Sequence record: NC_052657.1
Length of the DNA stretch: 64,000 nt
Origin: Escherichia phage muut
Direction: 5' to 3' (one strand)
The translations under genes and the position numbers were made by a program. Shown here piece after piece: positions 35,402 through 44,824 of the stretch (positions within the stretch are counted from its first letter, which is position 1; every line of letters begins with the position of its first letter). The notes beneath the pieces are model-generated. The model saw nothing but the letters and a program-made list of their open reading frames with translations. It made no database searches and was not told the DNA's origin.

Positions 35402-36387
35402 AATACTTAGTAACAGGTGGTTTAGGCTTTATTGGAAGTGCGGTAGTTCGTTTCCTGGCTAAAAACACTAAGAATGATATTTACGTTATAGATAAATGGG
35501 GTTACGCTTCAGACCCTAGAAATTTATCAGAAACACCTAATGTAAAGTTTTGTCGTGTTGACTTGACAAATGCTCAGTTAACTGCTAAGATTGTGGCAGA
35601 TGTTAATCCAGATTATATAATGCATCTTGCAGCAGAAAGTCACGTAGATAATTCAATAGCATCACCGAGTGTTTTTATAAATTCAAATATTGTTGGAACA
35701 TTTAATCTTCTAGAAGCTGTTCGTTTAATGGGAGATAAATCAAATCTTAAAATGTTTCATCATATTTCAACAGATGAAGTGTATGGTGATCTGGAAGAAG
35801 GGGATTATCCGTTTACAGAACAGAATCCTTATAAGCCAAGTAGTCCATATGCTGCATCTAAGGCAGCAAGCGATCATTTGGTAAGAGCGTGGCATCGTAC
35901 TTATGGTATTCCGACAGTTATAACAAATTGTTCAAATAATTTTGGAGCGTATCATCATCCAGAAAAACTAATACCTAAAACGATAACAAATATTTTGATG
36001 CATAAACCAATCCCTGTTTATGGCAATGGTCTTCAAGTAAGAGATTGGTTATACGTTGACGATCACGCAGAAGCATTACACCTAGTAGTAACTAAAGGCA
36101 AATCTGGAGAAACATATAATATTGGGAGCAGAAACCCTAGAACTAATATTGATGTAATCTATATGATTTGTGATTATATGGATGCGGTGTATCCATCTGA
36201 AACAGATGCTTGTAGCCTCATTGAGATGGTTACAGATAGGCCTGGGCATGATTTAAGATATGAAGTGAATCCTTATAAGATTGAAAAGGAATTAGGGTGG
36301 AAAGCTAAAGGCACATTTGAAGAAAAACTTTATTCAACCATTGATTGGTATGTAGATAACAAAGAGTGGTGGGAAAATAAAGTTTAA
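35398..36387 (+). CDS. rmlB: dTDP-glucose 4,6-dehydratase
   Basis: GGLGFIGS Rossmann motif, [10 protein letters not shown] (YxxxK), [22 protein letters not shown]; collinear with E. coli RffG/RmlB. Confidence 0.9.
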   Translation: MKYLVTGGLGFIGSAVVRFLAKNTKNDIYVIDKWGYASDPRNLSETPNVKFCRVDLTNAQLTAKIVADVNPDYIMHLAAESHVDNSIASPSVFINSNIVGTFNLLEAVRLMGDKSNLKMFHHISTDEVYGDLEEGDYPFTEQNPYKPSSPYAASKAASDHLVRAWHRTYGIPTVITNCSNNFGAYHHPEKLIPKTITNILMHKPIPVYGNGLQVRDWLYVDDHAEALHLVVTKGKSGETYNIGSRNPRTNIDVIYMICDYMDAVYPSETDACSLIEMVTDRPGHDLRYEVNPYKIEKELGWKAKGTFEEKLYSTIDWYVDNKEWWENKV

Positions 36388-36395
36388 GGAGGAGT

Positions 36396-37265
36396 ATGAA
36401 AGGTATTATCTTAGCAGGTGGTAGTGGAACAAGACTTTACCCAGTTACTAAAGGGGTTAGTAAACAACTATTACCAATTTACGATAAACCTATGATTTAT
36501 TATCCACTCTCTGTCCTAATGCTTTCTGGAATTAGGGAAATACTAATAATTACGACACCAGAAGATCAAATTAATTTTGTAAATCTTCTAGGTGATGGTT
36601 CTTCTTTTGGTATTTCCCTACAGTATGCAATACAGGACAACCCAAAAGGTTTAGCAGAAGCGTTTATTATTGGTGAGAGCTTTATTGGTGAAGATTCTGT
36701 AGCACTTGTTCTAGGTGATAATTTGTTCTTTGGTCAGAGTTTTGGTAGCATTTTAGATTCTGCTAAAGAACATATTGAAAAGAATGGTGGAGCTAATATT
36801 TTTGGGTATCACGTAAATGATCCTGAAAGATTTGGTGTTGTTGAGTTTGATTCTGAAGGTACAGTGGTAAGTATTGAAGAAAAACCAAAAGCACCAAAAA
36901 GCAATTATGCAATTACAGGCTTGTACTTTTACGATAATTCTGTTATACAGAAAGCTAAAAGCGTTAAACCTTCTGCTAGAGGGGAATTAGAGATCACAGA
37001 TATAAATGAGATGTACTGGAAAGAAAAGACTTTACGTGTCTGTAAACTAGGAAGAGGTTTCACTTGGCTGGATACAGGAACACATGAAAGTCTTATGGAA
37101 GCATCTCAATTTGTTCATGCAATAGAAAAGCAACAAGGTATGAAGGTTGCATGCCTGGAAGAGATTGCTTTTAAAAATGAATGGATTACTTTAGACTCTG
37201 TAAAAAGTTCTGGAGAGGTTTTAAGTAAAACAGACTACGGTAAGTATTTACTTAAATTAAAATAA
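36396..37265 (+). CDS. rmlA: glucose-1-phosphate thymidylyltransferase
   Basis: [17 protein letters not shown]...[17 protein letters not shown] nearly identical to RmlA N-terminus. Confidence 0.9.
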   Translation: MKGIILAGGSGTRLYPVTKGVSKQLLPIYDKPMIYYPLSVLMLSGIREILIITTPEDQINFVNLLGDGSSFGISLQYAIQDNPKGLAEAFIIGESFIGEDSVALVLGDNLFFGQSFGSILDSAKEHIEKNGGANIFGYHVNDPERFGVVEFDSEGTVVSIEEKPKAPKSNYAITGLYFYDNSVIQKAKSVKPSARGELEITDINEMYWKEKTLRVCKLGRGFTWLDTGTHESLMEASQFVHAIEKQQGMKVACLEEIAFKNEWITLDSVKSSGEVLSKTDYGKYLLKLK

Positions 37266-37277
37266 AGGGGGAATTAA

Positions 37278-37832
37278 ATGATTCAAGCAACAAAAATCGA
37301 AGATTTGTTGATCATTCAACCTGACGTTTACGGAGATGAACGTGGTTTTTTCTTAGAAAGTTTTAATCAGGCTTTATATGATCAATACATAGGTAAACAA
37401 AACTTTGTCCAAGATAACCATTCACGTTCTATTCGAGGAGTTCTACGTGGGCTTCATTTTCAAAAGAAAAACCCACAAGGGAAGTTAGTACGTTGTGTTC
37501 GTGGTGAAGTTTATGATGTTGCTGTAGATATTAGGGTTGATAGTCCAACATTTGGAGAATGGGTAGGTGTTCTCTTATCTGAAAAGAATAAAACACAATT
37601 TTGGATTCCTCCTGGTTTCGCTCATGGCTTTGTTGTGATTAGTGACATTGCTGATTTTGAATATAAATGTACAGAATATTACGATCCGACTTCAGAGTGT
37701 AGTCTTGCGTGGAATGATCCAGATATCAATATTGATTGGGGTTTTGATTTAATCTTTAATGATATTAATTTTAAACCTATCTTGTCACAAAAAGATCAGG
37801 AAGCCAAAACACTAAAGGAGATCATATTTTGA
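37278..37832 (+). CDS. rmlC: dTDP-4-dehydrorhamnose 3,5-epimerase
   Basis: YGDERGFFLESF and RGLHFQ cupin motifs typical of RmlC. Confidence 0.85.
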   Translation: MIQATKIEDLLIIQPDVYGDERGFFLESFNQALYDQYIGKQNFVQDNHSRSIRGVLRGLHFQKKNPQGKLVRCVRGEVYDVAVDIRVDSPTFGEWVGVLLSEKNKTQFWIPPGFAHGFVVISDIADFEYKCTEYYDPTSECSLAWNDPDINIDWGFDLIFNDINFKPILSQKDQEAKTLKEIIF

Positions 37833-38659
37833 CAAAATTTTTAATCTTTGGTTCAAAAGGTCAATTAGGACAATCTTTGGCAAAAGTTGCACCAGAAGAT
37901 GTTATTTTGATTGAAGCAAGTGATATAGACATTACCAACTTTAAAGATGTTATGAATAGTCTTGTACAGCACGTGCCTGATGTTGTTGTGAATTGTGCGG
38001 CTTACACGGCAGTAGATAAAGCTGAAGAAGATGTTAACACCTGTATAAATGTTAATGCATACGGTGCAACAAACATTGCCAAAGCATGTAATGATTTACT
38101 GATACAGTTTGTACATATTTCAACAGACTATGTTTTTGATGGGCATGTTGCTGGCACAGAAGATAGTAAAACAAACCCCTTGAACACCTACGGTTACAGT
38201 AAACAATTAGGTGAAACTTTAGTACAAACAGTTTGTCCTACAGCACTTATTATCAGAACAGCTTCTGTTTATAGTGAATTTGGACATAACTTTTTGAAAA
38301 CTATGTTGGAACGCTACAACGGTGGTCAAAAAGAATTTAATGTAGTATGTGATCATTTATCATGTCCTACTTATGCACCTGATCTTGCAGAAACAATTTT
38401 TAAACTTGTAAAAGATGGTGTAAATAGTAAAATTGTACACTATGCAGGTGCAGATTATATTTCTTGGTATGATTTTGCACGAAAGATATTTCTTGTTATA
38501 GATTTATCTGTTACAGTTAATCCTGTATCTGCTTCAACCTATAATTCCAAAGCAGTCAGACCAGCAACATCTTATTTAAAAACAGATCCTACTTTAAATC
38601 CGCGAAGTGTTGATAGCGGTATTGTAAGAACTTTAACTATACTTTTAAACAAGGAGTGA
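37829..38659 (+). CDS. rmlD: dTDP-4-dehydrorhamnose reductase
   Basis: N-terminal IFGSKGQLG Rossmann motif, STDYVFDG; completes rmlBACD order. Confidence 0.8.
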   Translation: MTKFLIFGSKGQLGQSLAKVAPEDVILIEASDIDITNFKDVMNSLVQHVPDVVVNCAAYTAVDKAEEDVNTCINVNAYGATNIAKACNDLLIQFVHISTDYVFDGHVAGTEDSKTNPLNTYGYSKQLGETLVQTVCPTALIIRTASVYSEFGHNFLKTMLERYNGGQKEFNVVCDHLSCPTYAPDLAETIFKLVKDGVNSKIVHYAGADYISWYDFARKIFLVIDLSVTVNPVSASTYNSKAVRPATSYLKTDPTLNPRSVDSGIVRTLTILLNKE

Positions 38660-38922
38660 AAATGAATTTTATTATCTACGGTAAACCAAATTGTCCTTTC
38701 TGCACTAACGCTAAGATTCTACTAGAACAGCGTGAACAGGATTTTAAATACCTTACCTTAGATGAAGACTATTCTTTAGATCAGATTCAGACTCTGGTCT
38801 TAGAGAAAACAGGTGTTCTACCACGTACATTTCCTCAGATTTTTGTGGAAGATGGTGAACAGCTAACCCACGTAGGAGGTTTTTCTGAACTACGTGAATT
38901 CATGGCTCAGATTGCGGAGTAA
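38656..38922 (+). CDS. glutaredoxin / NrdH-like redoxin
   Basis: 88 aa with CPFC active site. Confidence 0.65.
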   Translation: MKMNFIIYGKPNCPFCTNAKILLEQREQDFKYLTLDEDYSLDQIQTLVLEKTGVLPRTFPQIFVEDGEQLTHVGGFSELREFMAQIAE

Positions 38923-38926
38923 CAAT

Positions 38927-39070
38927 ATGAAAGGTAAACAGAAACGTAAGATCTTTTCTCGTGCTTTGGCAACAGAGCTTAAGTCCCAAACTAAAAAGAC
39001 GAAGCCTAAACGTGAAATGTCTCCTGAACACCTACTGTTTCAAGAGCTAGATCATGGGGAGGGCGACTAA
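38927..39070 (+). CDS. small basic protein (47 aa)
   Basis: Sub-cutoff ORF filling gap before lysozyme; weak RBS. Confidence 0.3.
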   Translation: MKGKQKRKIFSRALATELKSQTKKTKPKREMSPEHLLFQELDHGEGD

Positions 39071-39082
39071 TATAAGGAAAAC

Positions 39083-39583
39083 ATGGCTAAAGTAGTTGAT
39101 GTGTTTGATATGTTACGTTTTGATGAAGGACTAAAGCTAACTGTATATCCTGATACCGAAGGGTATTGGACAGTTGGTATTGGACACCTTCTGACAAAAC
39201 TCAAAGATAAAGCAGAAGCTATACGTATTCTTGATAACTTAGTAGGTAGAAAAACCAATGGGGTTATTACTGAAGCGGAAGCTAGAAGAATCTTTGAGAG
39301 TGACGTAAAGAAAGCGATACAACAAATCCATTCAAGTGCCATATTATCTCCTATTTACGATAAAGTAAGTCCTAATCGTAAAATGGCTATTATTAATATG
39401 GTATTTCAAATGGGATTGAAAGGTGCAGAATCTTTCAAAAATAGCTTGACTTTAGTGAGTAATTCATATTATACTCAAGCCTCTATAAATTTACGTAAAA
39501 GTAAATGGTATCGCCAAACGCCTAATCGCGCAGAGCGTGTAATTCAGGTACTTAAAACTGGAACATTAGACGCTTATAACTAA
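39083..39583 (+). CDS. e: T4-type lysozyme (endolysin, GH24)
   Basis: Collinear with T4 lysozyme: DEGLKLTVYPDTEGYWTVGIGHLL with catalytic E/D/T. Confidence 0.9.
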   Translation: MAKVVDVFDMLRFDEGLKLTVYPDTEGYWTVGIGHLLTKLKDKAEAIRILDNLVGRKTNGVITEAEARRIFESDVKKAIQQIHSSAILSPIYDKVSPNRKMAIINMVFQMGLKGAESFKNSLTLVSNSYYTQASINLRKSKWYRQTPNRAERVIQVLKTGTLDAYN

Positions 39584-39587
39584 ACAA

Positions 39588-39608
39588 AGGGGCGAAAGCC
39601 CCTTTTAT
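39588..39608 (+). terminator. rho-independent terminator (GNRA loop)
   Basis: AGGGGC-gaaa-GCCCCT followed by TTTTAT; same hairpin as at 26501 and 51598. Confidence 0.6.
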
Positions 39609-39621
39609 AAGGAGTGCAAAC

Positions 39622-40374
39622 ATGGGAAATAAAACCGCAAAGGCTCGTCGTCAATCAGCAGCCAATGATGACAAACGTGCCAGTCGTTATGCGGCTAAAG
39701 CAGTAGGAAATGATGATTACCGTCTTGATGAATTTACCCCTGTTGGGAATCAAGAAGCTATTGTAAGAAGCATGGTTTGGAATGATTTAACCATTGTTAA
39801 TGCCCCAGCAGGAACAGGAAAAACGACAACAGCACTATGGAAAGCATTGCAAATGCTTAAAGCTGGTGATTTCAGAAAGTTGATTTTCCTTAAAAACCCG
39901 ACAGAAGTAGGTGATGATCAAATTGGTTTCTTATCTGGAGATAAGACTGATAAACTAGCAGCACATTACGAATCAACTAAAAGAATTTTCCAACAGTTTA
40001 TGACTGCAAATAAATTGGAAAACGATATTGCAAGTGGCAAAATTGAACTTAATATTCCAAACTATGCACTAGGTGCTACGTGGGATAACAGCATTATTCT
40101 TATTGATGAAGTTCAACTTATGTCACCAAATACAGTAAAACTTCTCCTTGAGCGAGCAGGTCTTAATACACGTATTGTCATTATGGGTGATGTTAATCAA
40201 ACATATGCAATTAAACGAAGAGCTAATGGGTTAGGTGATTTGTTAGATCGTGTTGTTCCTATTAACGAAGAAGGAGAAAGGGAAGCTATTGTAGATTTTA
40301 TTGGTTATGTTGAAATGACAACTGCTGATAACCAACGTTCCCGTTTGTCTCAGTTCATCACGGAAGTATATTAA
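39622..40374 (+). CDS. phoH: PhoH-like ATPase
   Basis: Walker A NAPAGTGKTT and Walker B-like IILIDEVQ. Confidence 0.8.
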   Translation: MGNKTAKARRQSAANDDKRASRYAAKAVGNDDYRLDEFTPVGNQEAIVRSMVWNDLTIVNAPAGTGKTTTALWKALQMLKAGDFRKLIFLKNPTEVGDDQIGFLSGDKTDKLAAHYESTKRIFQQFMTANKLENDIASGKIELNIPNYALGATWDNSIILIDEVQLMSPNTVKLLLERAGLNTRIVIMGDVNQTYAIKRRANGLGDLLDRVVPINEEGEREAIVDFIGYVEMTTADNQRSRLSQFITEVY

Positions 40375-40410
40375 TAATTACAAGGCAAGGATGCCTGTTA
40401 TGGAGGTTAA

Positions 40411-40902
40411 ATGACGCTAATTGAGATTGATCGCAATGGTATTGATGAATGCTATCAAGCTGGCTTAGTTAAGCCGAATGAGTTTAGACAGATTTATATT
40501 GACAAGATTGAAAAAGAAATATCTCTTCGTTTAGAGAACATGGCAACTTTGCAAAAAGTTCAGATGTTTTTTAGTTGGTTGAAAGGAGAGGATTGGCTAA
40601 CTAAATATTACCAGGAATTATCTGATAGTCAAGAAGGCTTGTTTGAGTGTATAATAAATGTAGCTGGGTCTAATTCAGAGTTACTCCTGATTGATGAAGA
40701 AGATTCTAAACTTCTTTTTCTTAGCAGTATTTTTCACAAGAAATCTATGTTAGTAAGAAATTGCAGTGATTTACTAAATCATCCACTAACAAGAACTAAT
40801 AAAATTCTTGTGGATAAAGAAACACTAAGAGCTATTGATTACCTCCGTAAATATGTAAGCGGTGGTAAAGCAGTCCTTAAAACACTACAGGAGGAAGTAT
40901 AA
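40411..40902 (+). CDS. hypothetical protein (163 aa)
   Basis: Track ORF. Confidence 0.45.
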   Translation: MTLIEIDRNGIDECYQAGLVKPNEFRQIYIDKIEKEISLRLENMATLQKVQMFFSWLKGEDWLTKYYQELSDSQEGLFECIINVAGSNSELLLIDEEDSKLLFLSSIFHKKSMLVRNCSDLLNHPLTRTNKILVDKETLRAIDYLRKYVSGGKAVLKTLQEEV

Positions 40903-41555
40903 TGACAACAATTATTGCAACACGTAACAAAATTTTGTCTGACGGTAAGGTAACAGTAGGTAGTCGTGTAGACACTTTAAACTTCAAGAAAGTGCGTAAA
41001 ATTGGGGACTACCTTGTTGGTGGTGCAGGACGTCTGTCTTCTATCCTGACTTTCTTTTCTTGGTTTGAACAAAACTTACAATGCCAGGCAGCACAAGAGA
41101 CAATCCCAGGTTTGGTGATCCAGTCAGATCCCGATAAAGAAGATGAAGAGTTTGTGGCATTGGTTGTTCATCCAGACGGTAAAATTTATATGCACGAGGG
41201 TAATAATCCAACGCGAGCATATCCTTTAACTGAAGATTATTATGCTGTTGGTAGTGGGGCAGATTTTGCTTTAGCAGCTTTAGATGCAGGGGCAACTCCA
41301 GAAGAAGCGATGGAAGTTGCAAAACTGCGAGATGCTTTTTCCGGCGGTGAAACTTTTATCGAAGAGATCGAAGAACAACTGGAGTTAACAGCGGAAGATA
41401 TTCTGAACTTCAGCAAGGAGCAACTAATTAGTATGCTGTTGACTGGTGATCCTGATAGCGATGAAGCTGAAAGTATTTTAGCAGAAATGAAAGAATCACA
41501 AGAAAAAGTATTGACAGTCTCTGAAAAACTTGATAAAGTGTCCTCTGATAATTAA
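40902..41555 (+). CDS. HslV-like Ntn-hydrolase peptidase with acidic C-terminal extension
   Basis: N-terminus MTTIIATR (Thr2 nucleophile), KKVRKIGDYLVGGAGR and YAVGSGADFALAALDAG parallel E. coli HslV. Confidence 0.5.
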   Translation: MTTIIATRNKILSDGKVTVGSRVDTLNFKKVRKIGDYLVGGAGRLSSILTFFSWFEQNLQCQAAQETIPGLVIQSDPDKEDEEFVALVVHPDGKIYMHEGNNPTRAYPLTEDYYAVGSGADFALAALDAGATPEEAMEVAKLRDAFSGGETFIEEIEEQLELTAEDILNFSKEQLISMLLTGDPDSDEAESILAEMKESQEKVLTVSEKLDKVSSDN

Positions 41556-41564
41556 TCTAGTATA

Positions 41565-41585
41565 AACCCCCTCAAGGGGGTTATT
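41565..41585 (+). terminator. putative terminator hairpin
   Basis: AACCCCC-tcaa-GGGGGTT followed by ATTAGG; T-run weak. Confidence 0.4.
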
Positions 41586-41595
41586 AGGAGGAGAT

Positions 41596-42024
41596 ATGTT
41601 ACCAGTACCTGTAACCTTTGTAGAAAAAGCCTACTACTCTTTAGAACAAAACTGTAAAAGAGCTAAAAATTTTATTGAAAGTTTAGCAGAACAGCGTTAC
41701 ACTGTATCTAAAAAGGGATGGTTCAGAACTTCACAATATTCAGTCAACCCTTTCGGAGAAGTTCGTGTGTTGTACGGCAACACAGAAAATATCTTAGAAA
41801 GAATGTTAGAACTAGATAGGATCTCCTCCTGTGATTATCAACTGTTGAAATTTTACGATGTGTCAGAAAACATTAAAAACTTTCTTGACGATTTATGTAA
41901 ACGAAAAACAGAAGAAGATACAATACCAGTATCTATGGAAGAATTAACGTTCTTAAGAGATATTATGGTTTTTGAAGAAAACCCTGAAATCACAAAAGAG
42001 GAGATTTTAAGTAGTGGCAAATAA
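41596..42024 (+). CDS. hypothetical protein (142 aa)
   Basis: Track ORF. Confidence 0.45.
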   Translation: MLPVPVTFVEKAYYSLEQNCKRAKNFIESLAEQRYTVSKKGWFRTSQYSVNPFGEVRVLYGNTENILERMLELDRISSCDYQLLKFYDVSENIKNFLDDLCKRKTEEDTIPVSMEELTFLRDIMVFEENPEITKEEILSSGK

Positions 42025-42523
42025 GTATGATCGTCCACCAACTGATTACTATCCTACTCCACAAAAATGTATAAATGCATTATTTAGTGTAATAGATTTT
42101 AATAACCTTAAAGAAGAAGGTTTTATTTTTGCAGAACCGTGTAAAGGCGCTGCTGCTGCAATTTATCAACATTTTCCAGAAGGATCAGAATATTGTGAGT
42201 TAGAAGAAGGGAAGGATTATTTTAACCACGAATGGCATACTAAGCCGGATATTATAATCACAAATCCACCATTCAGACTTGCACTTGAGTTCTTGCAAAA
42301 GAGCTTAAAAGAAGCAGACGTTTGCATATACTTGTTGCGTCTTGGGTTCCTAGAGTCTATTAAACGAAGGGAATTCCATAAACAGAACCCACCAACAAAT
42401 TTGATTGTTCTTTCTGAACGACCATCTTTTGTTGCAGGTGGTACTGATAAGACAGCATATGCTTGGTACGTCTACGACCCAAAAAACAGGCTGGGTTTAA
42501 CTCAACCTTTCTATTTTGTTTAA
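42014..42523 (+). CDS. small phage-type N6-adenine DNA methyltransferase (tentative)
   Basis: YYPTP near N-terminus and catalytic IITNPPF motif; GTG start. Confidence 0.5.
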   Translation: MANKYDRPPTDYYPTPQKCINALFSVIDFNNLKEEGFIFAEPCKGAAAAIYQHFPEGSEYCELEEGKDYFNHEWHTKPDIIITNPPFRLALEFLQKSLKEADVCIYLLRLGFLESIKRREFHKQNPPTNLIVLSERPSFVAGGTDKTAYAWYVYDPKNRLGLTQPFYFV

Positions 42524-42767
42524 GAGGAGCATTTTTATGACCGAGAAATTTATTGTTACTATGGAACTCACCTTTGATGAAGAAGATTTTGATCTTCACG
42601 TATCAACTAAAGCAGATAACATTCACACGACACAGAGTGTTGCAATCGCTATGTTCTTTAAGCAAGCAATTGCAAAACAAGCTGAAGTGTGTGCTGGTTT
42701 AGCTGTAGAGTACGCAGAAGTTGTCAAGGTTCTTGAAAGTGCTCGCAACAACGATTGGGATGAATAA
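42516..42767 (+). CDS. hypothetical protein (83 aa)
   Basis: Track ORF. Confidence 0.4.
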   Translation: MFKRSIFMTEKFIVTMELTFDEEDFDLHVSTKADNIHTTQSVAIAMFFKQAIAKQAEVCAGLAVEYAEVVKVLESARNNDWDE

Positions 42768-42970
42768 TGGCATACAATTACTATCTGGTATATTTTAACG
42801 AAACTAAGAAAAAAGACACAGGAACTAATGTTTATGCGGAATCGGAAGAACACGCAAAAGCTATTGGTTCAGTGCTTCTTTCTAGAATAGCAGGTGAAGA
42901 AATTCCTGTAGAGGCTATCTTTGCAGAAGTTGACCCTGGTATTCAAGAAGATGATATTACCACTACTTAA
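42767..42970 (+). CDS. hypothetical protein (67 aa)
   Basis: Track ORF. Confidence 0.4.
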   Translation: MAYNYYLVYFNETKKKDTGTNVYAESEEHAKAIGSVLLSRIAGEEIPVEAIFAEVDPGIQEDDITTT

Positions 42971-42973
42971 CTG

Positions 42974-43002
42974 TTGACTTTAACATTGAGGTAGTGCATA
43001 CT
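42974..43002 (+). promoter_or_regulatory. sigma70-like promoter (TTGACT-17-CATACT) followed by hairpin
   Basis: Hairpin TCCTGT-aacaga-ACAGGA at 43003-43020, then GGAGGG RBS and ATG 43028. Confidence 0.5.
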
Positions 43003-43027
43003 TCCTGTAACAGAACAGGAGGGTATT

Positions 43028-43690
43028 ATGAAGTTTGTACTGTATCATCGACTTTCTAAGAAGAAACAACAAGGCAACCAGTATGGTATAGAATCACAGG
43101 AAGCAGATATCCAACGCTTCCTGGATTCACAAGAAAATTATACTATTGTAGGTAGCTTTGCAGAGTTTTATTCTGGTAAAGGCGATTGGAAGCAACGTAG
43201 AGAGCTTGTAAAAGCTGTTAATCTTTGCAAAGAAACAGGTGCTACACTTGTTGTTGCTAAGGTTGACCGTCTTGGACGTAACACAGCTTCTGTTGCAACC
43301 TTGTTAGAGATGATTAATGTACGGATAGCCACTATGCCCTCCGCTGAAAATATGATAATAAATATTTTAGCAGTTCTGGCAGAAGAAGAGGCTCGTGCAA
43401 TATCTGATCGTGTTAAGAAGAGCCTTAAGGTAGCAAAAGCGAAGGGAACGCTTCTTGGTGCAGCAAACCCTAAATACAAAAGAACAGATTATACGAAAAC
43501 GGAAGAAGCAAAACGCTCAAAAGAGTTTGCACTTTCTTTAAAAGATTCTTTAGTTGCATACAGAGCTTGTAAAACGCCATATATGACGATTGCAAAGCAT
43601 CTGAATGAATCAGGAAAGAGAACTATTCGTGGGAGTTTGTTCGATGCCAAAGCGGTACAACGTCTTTGTGCAAAATTGAATATTAAATAA
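43028..43690 (+). CDS. serine recombinase (resolvase/invertase family)
   Basis: N-terminal YHRLSKKKQ (catalytic Ser), VVAKVDRLGRN, C-terminal HTH-like region. Confidence 0.7.
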   Translation: MKFVLYHRLSKKKQQGNQYGIESQEADIQRFLDSQENYTIVGSFAEFYSGKGDWKQRRELVKAVNLCKETGATLVVAKVDRLGRNTASVATLLEMINVRIATMPSAENMIINILAVLAEEEARAISDRVKKSLKVAKAKGTLLGAANPKYKRTDYTKTEEAKRSKEFALSLKDSLVAYRACKTPYMTIAKHLNESGKRTIRGSLFDAKAVQRLCAKLNIK

Positions 43691-43699
43691 GGAGGAAAC

Positions 43700-43903
43700 A
43701 TGGCAGTTCAATCTTTTGAGGAGACTGTTAAAAAACAATTCCTATCGAAGCGAGCGATGGTTGAATTTTTGCATTTTCTCGAAGTAGATAGGGTACTTAT
43801 TGAGACTACACCAGATGGTAACTGGCAAGTCTCGTATATTGCCACCAGGCATATCGTAGACAGTACGAAAGAAGAAAATTCGGAAGTTACGGTTGCTAGT
43901 TAA
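43700..43903 (+). CDS. hypothetical protein (67 aa)
   Basis: Track ORF. Confidence 0.4.
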   Translation: MAVQSFEETVKKQFLSKRAMVEFLHFLEVDRVLIETTPDGNWQVSYIATRHIVDSTKEENSEVTVAS

Positions 43904-43914
43904 AGGAGTTAAAT

Positions 43915-44487
43915 ATGCGTTTAGCTTTTAACGGGAAGATAAGCACAGCAAACATATTGTCAGCAGTAGGATTATTAGGTAAAAAATTCACACCTTTCAG
44001 TTTACCAGTTTGTGTAGATTTTGATCATGTGTTTGATATTAATAATCCTTCACGTTGTATCGCCAGAAGTAATATTGATAACCCAAGTGAAAATCTGTTT
44101 TATATTACTAAACCATCCCAAGCAATTTTGAATCAATGGGAAGCAGGTCTGATTAAACCAGGTAAATATTTTGCATTACTACCTTGTAAATCATTGGCTA
44201 TAGAGGACAGTCTAAACTATGCAAACAATCTTGTTGTTACAGCATTCATTGTCTCAGAAAAAGAAGAAACTGCGGCACTTGCAAATACTGTTAAATCTTT
44301 GTATGATGCTTTGGGTGTTACTTACACTACCTTCGTTTGTGAAGATATTCCACATTGCGTTGAATTTGTGGTGAATGGTGTAACTGTATGTCGTGTAGAA
44401 ACAACTCAAGACGAAGACGTTTTTATTACTGTAGCCGATGTAATATCTGAACCTGTGTTTAGCTACGCAGTTTCATTAACACATTAA
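43915..44487 (+). CDS. hypothetical protein (190 aa)
   Basis: Track ORF. Confidence 0.45.
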   Translation: MRLAFNGKISTANILSAVGLLGKKFTPFSLPVCVDFDHVFDINNPSRCIARSNIDNPSENLFYITKPSQAILNQWEAGLIKPGKYFALLPCKSLAIEDSLNYANNLVVTAFIVSEKEETAALANTVKSLYDALGVTYTTFVCEDIPHCVEFVVNGVTVCRVETTQDEDVFITVADVISEPVFSYAVSLTH

Positions 44488-44497
44488 GGAGAAGGGG

Positions 44498-44824
44498 ATG
44501 AAAATAACGACAGAACAGGCTTTAATAGACAAAGGAAGGGAAATCTTAGAAAGTCATTTGGAGGATATTCAAAGGACTCCAGGGTATCTCGGCTGGCGTA
44601 TACAAGAAGCCGTCGATTTTCTACCCCGTAAAAATAAAGAGATTGAAGTAAGATCTCTATTCCTCCTTGTTAAAGTAGATGGTGACGCTATATACAAAGA
44701 TGTAGCGTCTCACATTGAACAAATAGAAGAAAAAGCCTACAAAGAATTTGCAGATCTTGTTGTAGAACATAATATAGAAGGTAAAGTTAATATCTTTATA
44801 CTTATGGATTTTGAGGAGAGTTGA
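44498..44824 (+). CDS. hypothetical protein (108 aa)
   Basis: Track ORF. Confidence 0.4.
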   Translation: MKITTEQALIDKGREILESHLEDIQRTPGYLGWRIQEAVDFLPRKNKEIEVRSLFLLVKVDGDAIYKDVASHIEQIEEKAYKEFADLVVEHNIEGKVNIFILMDFEES

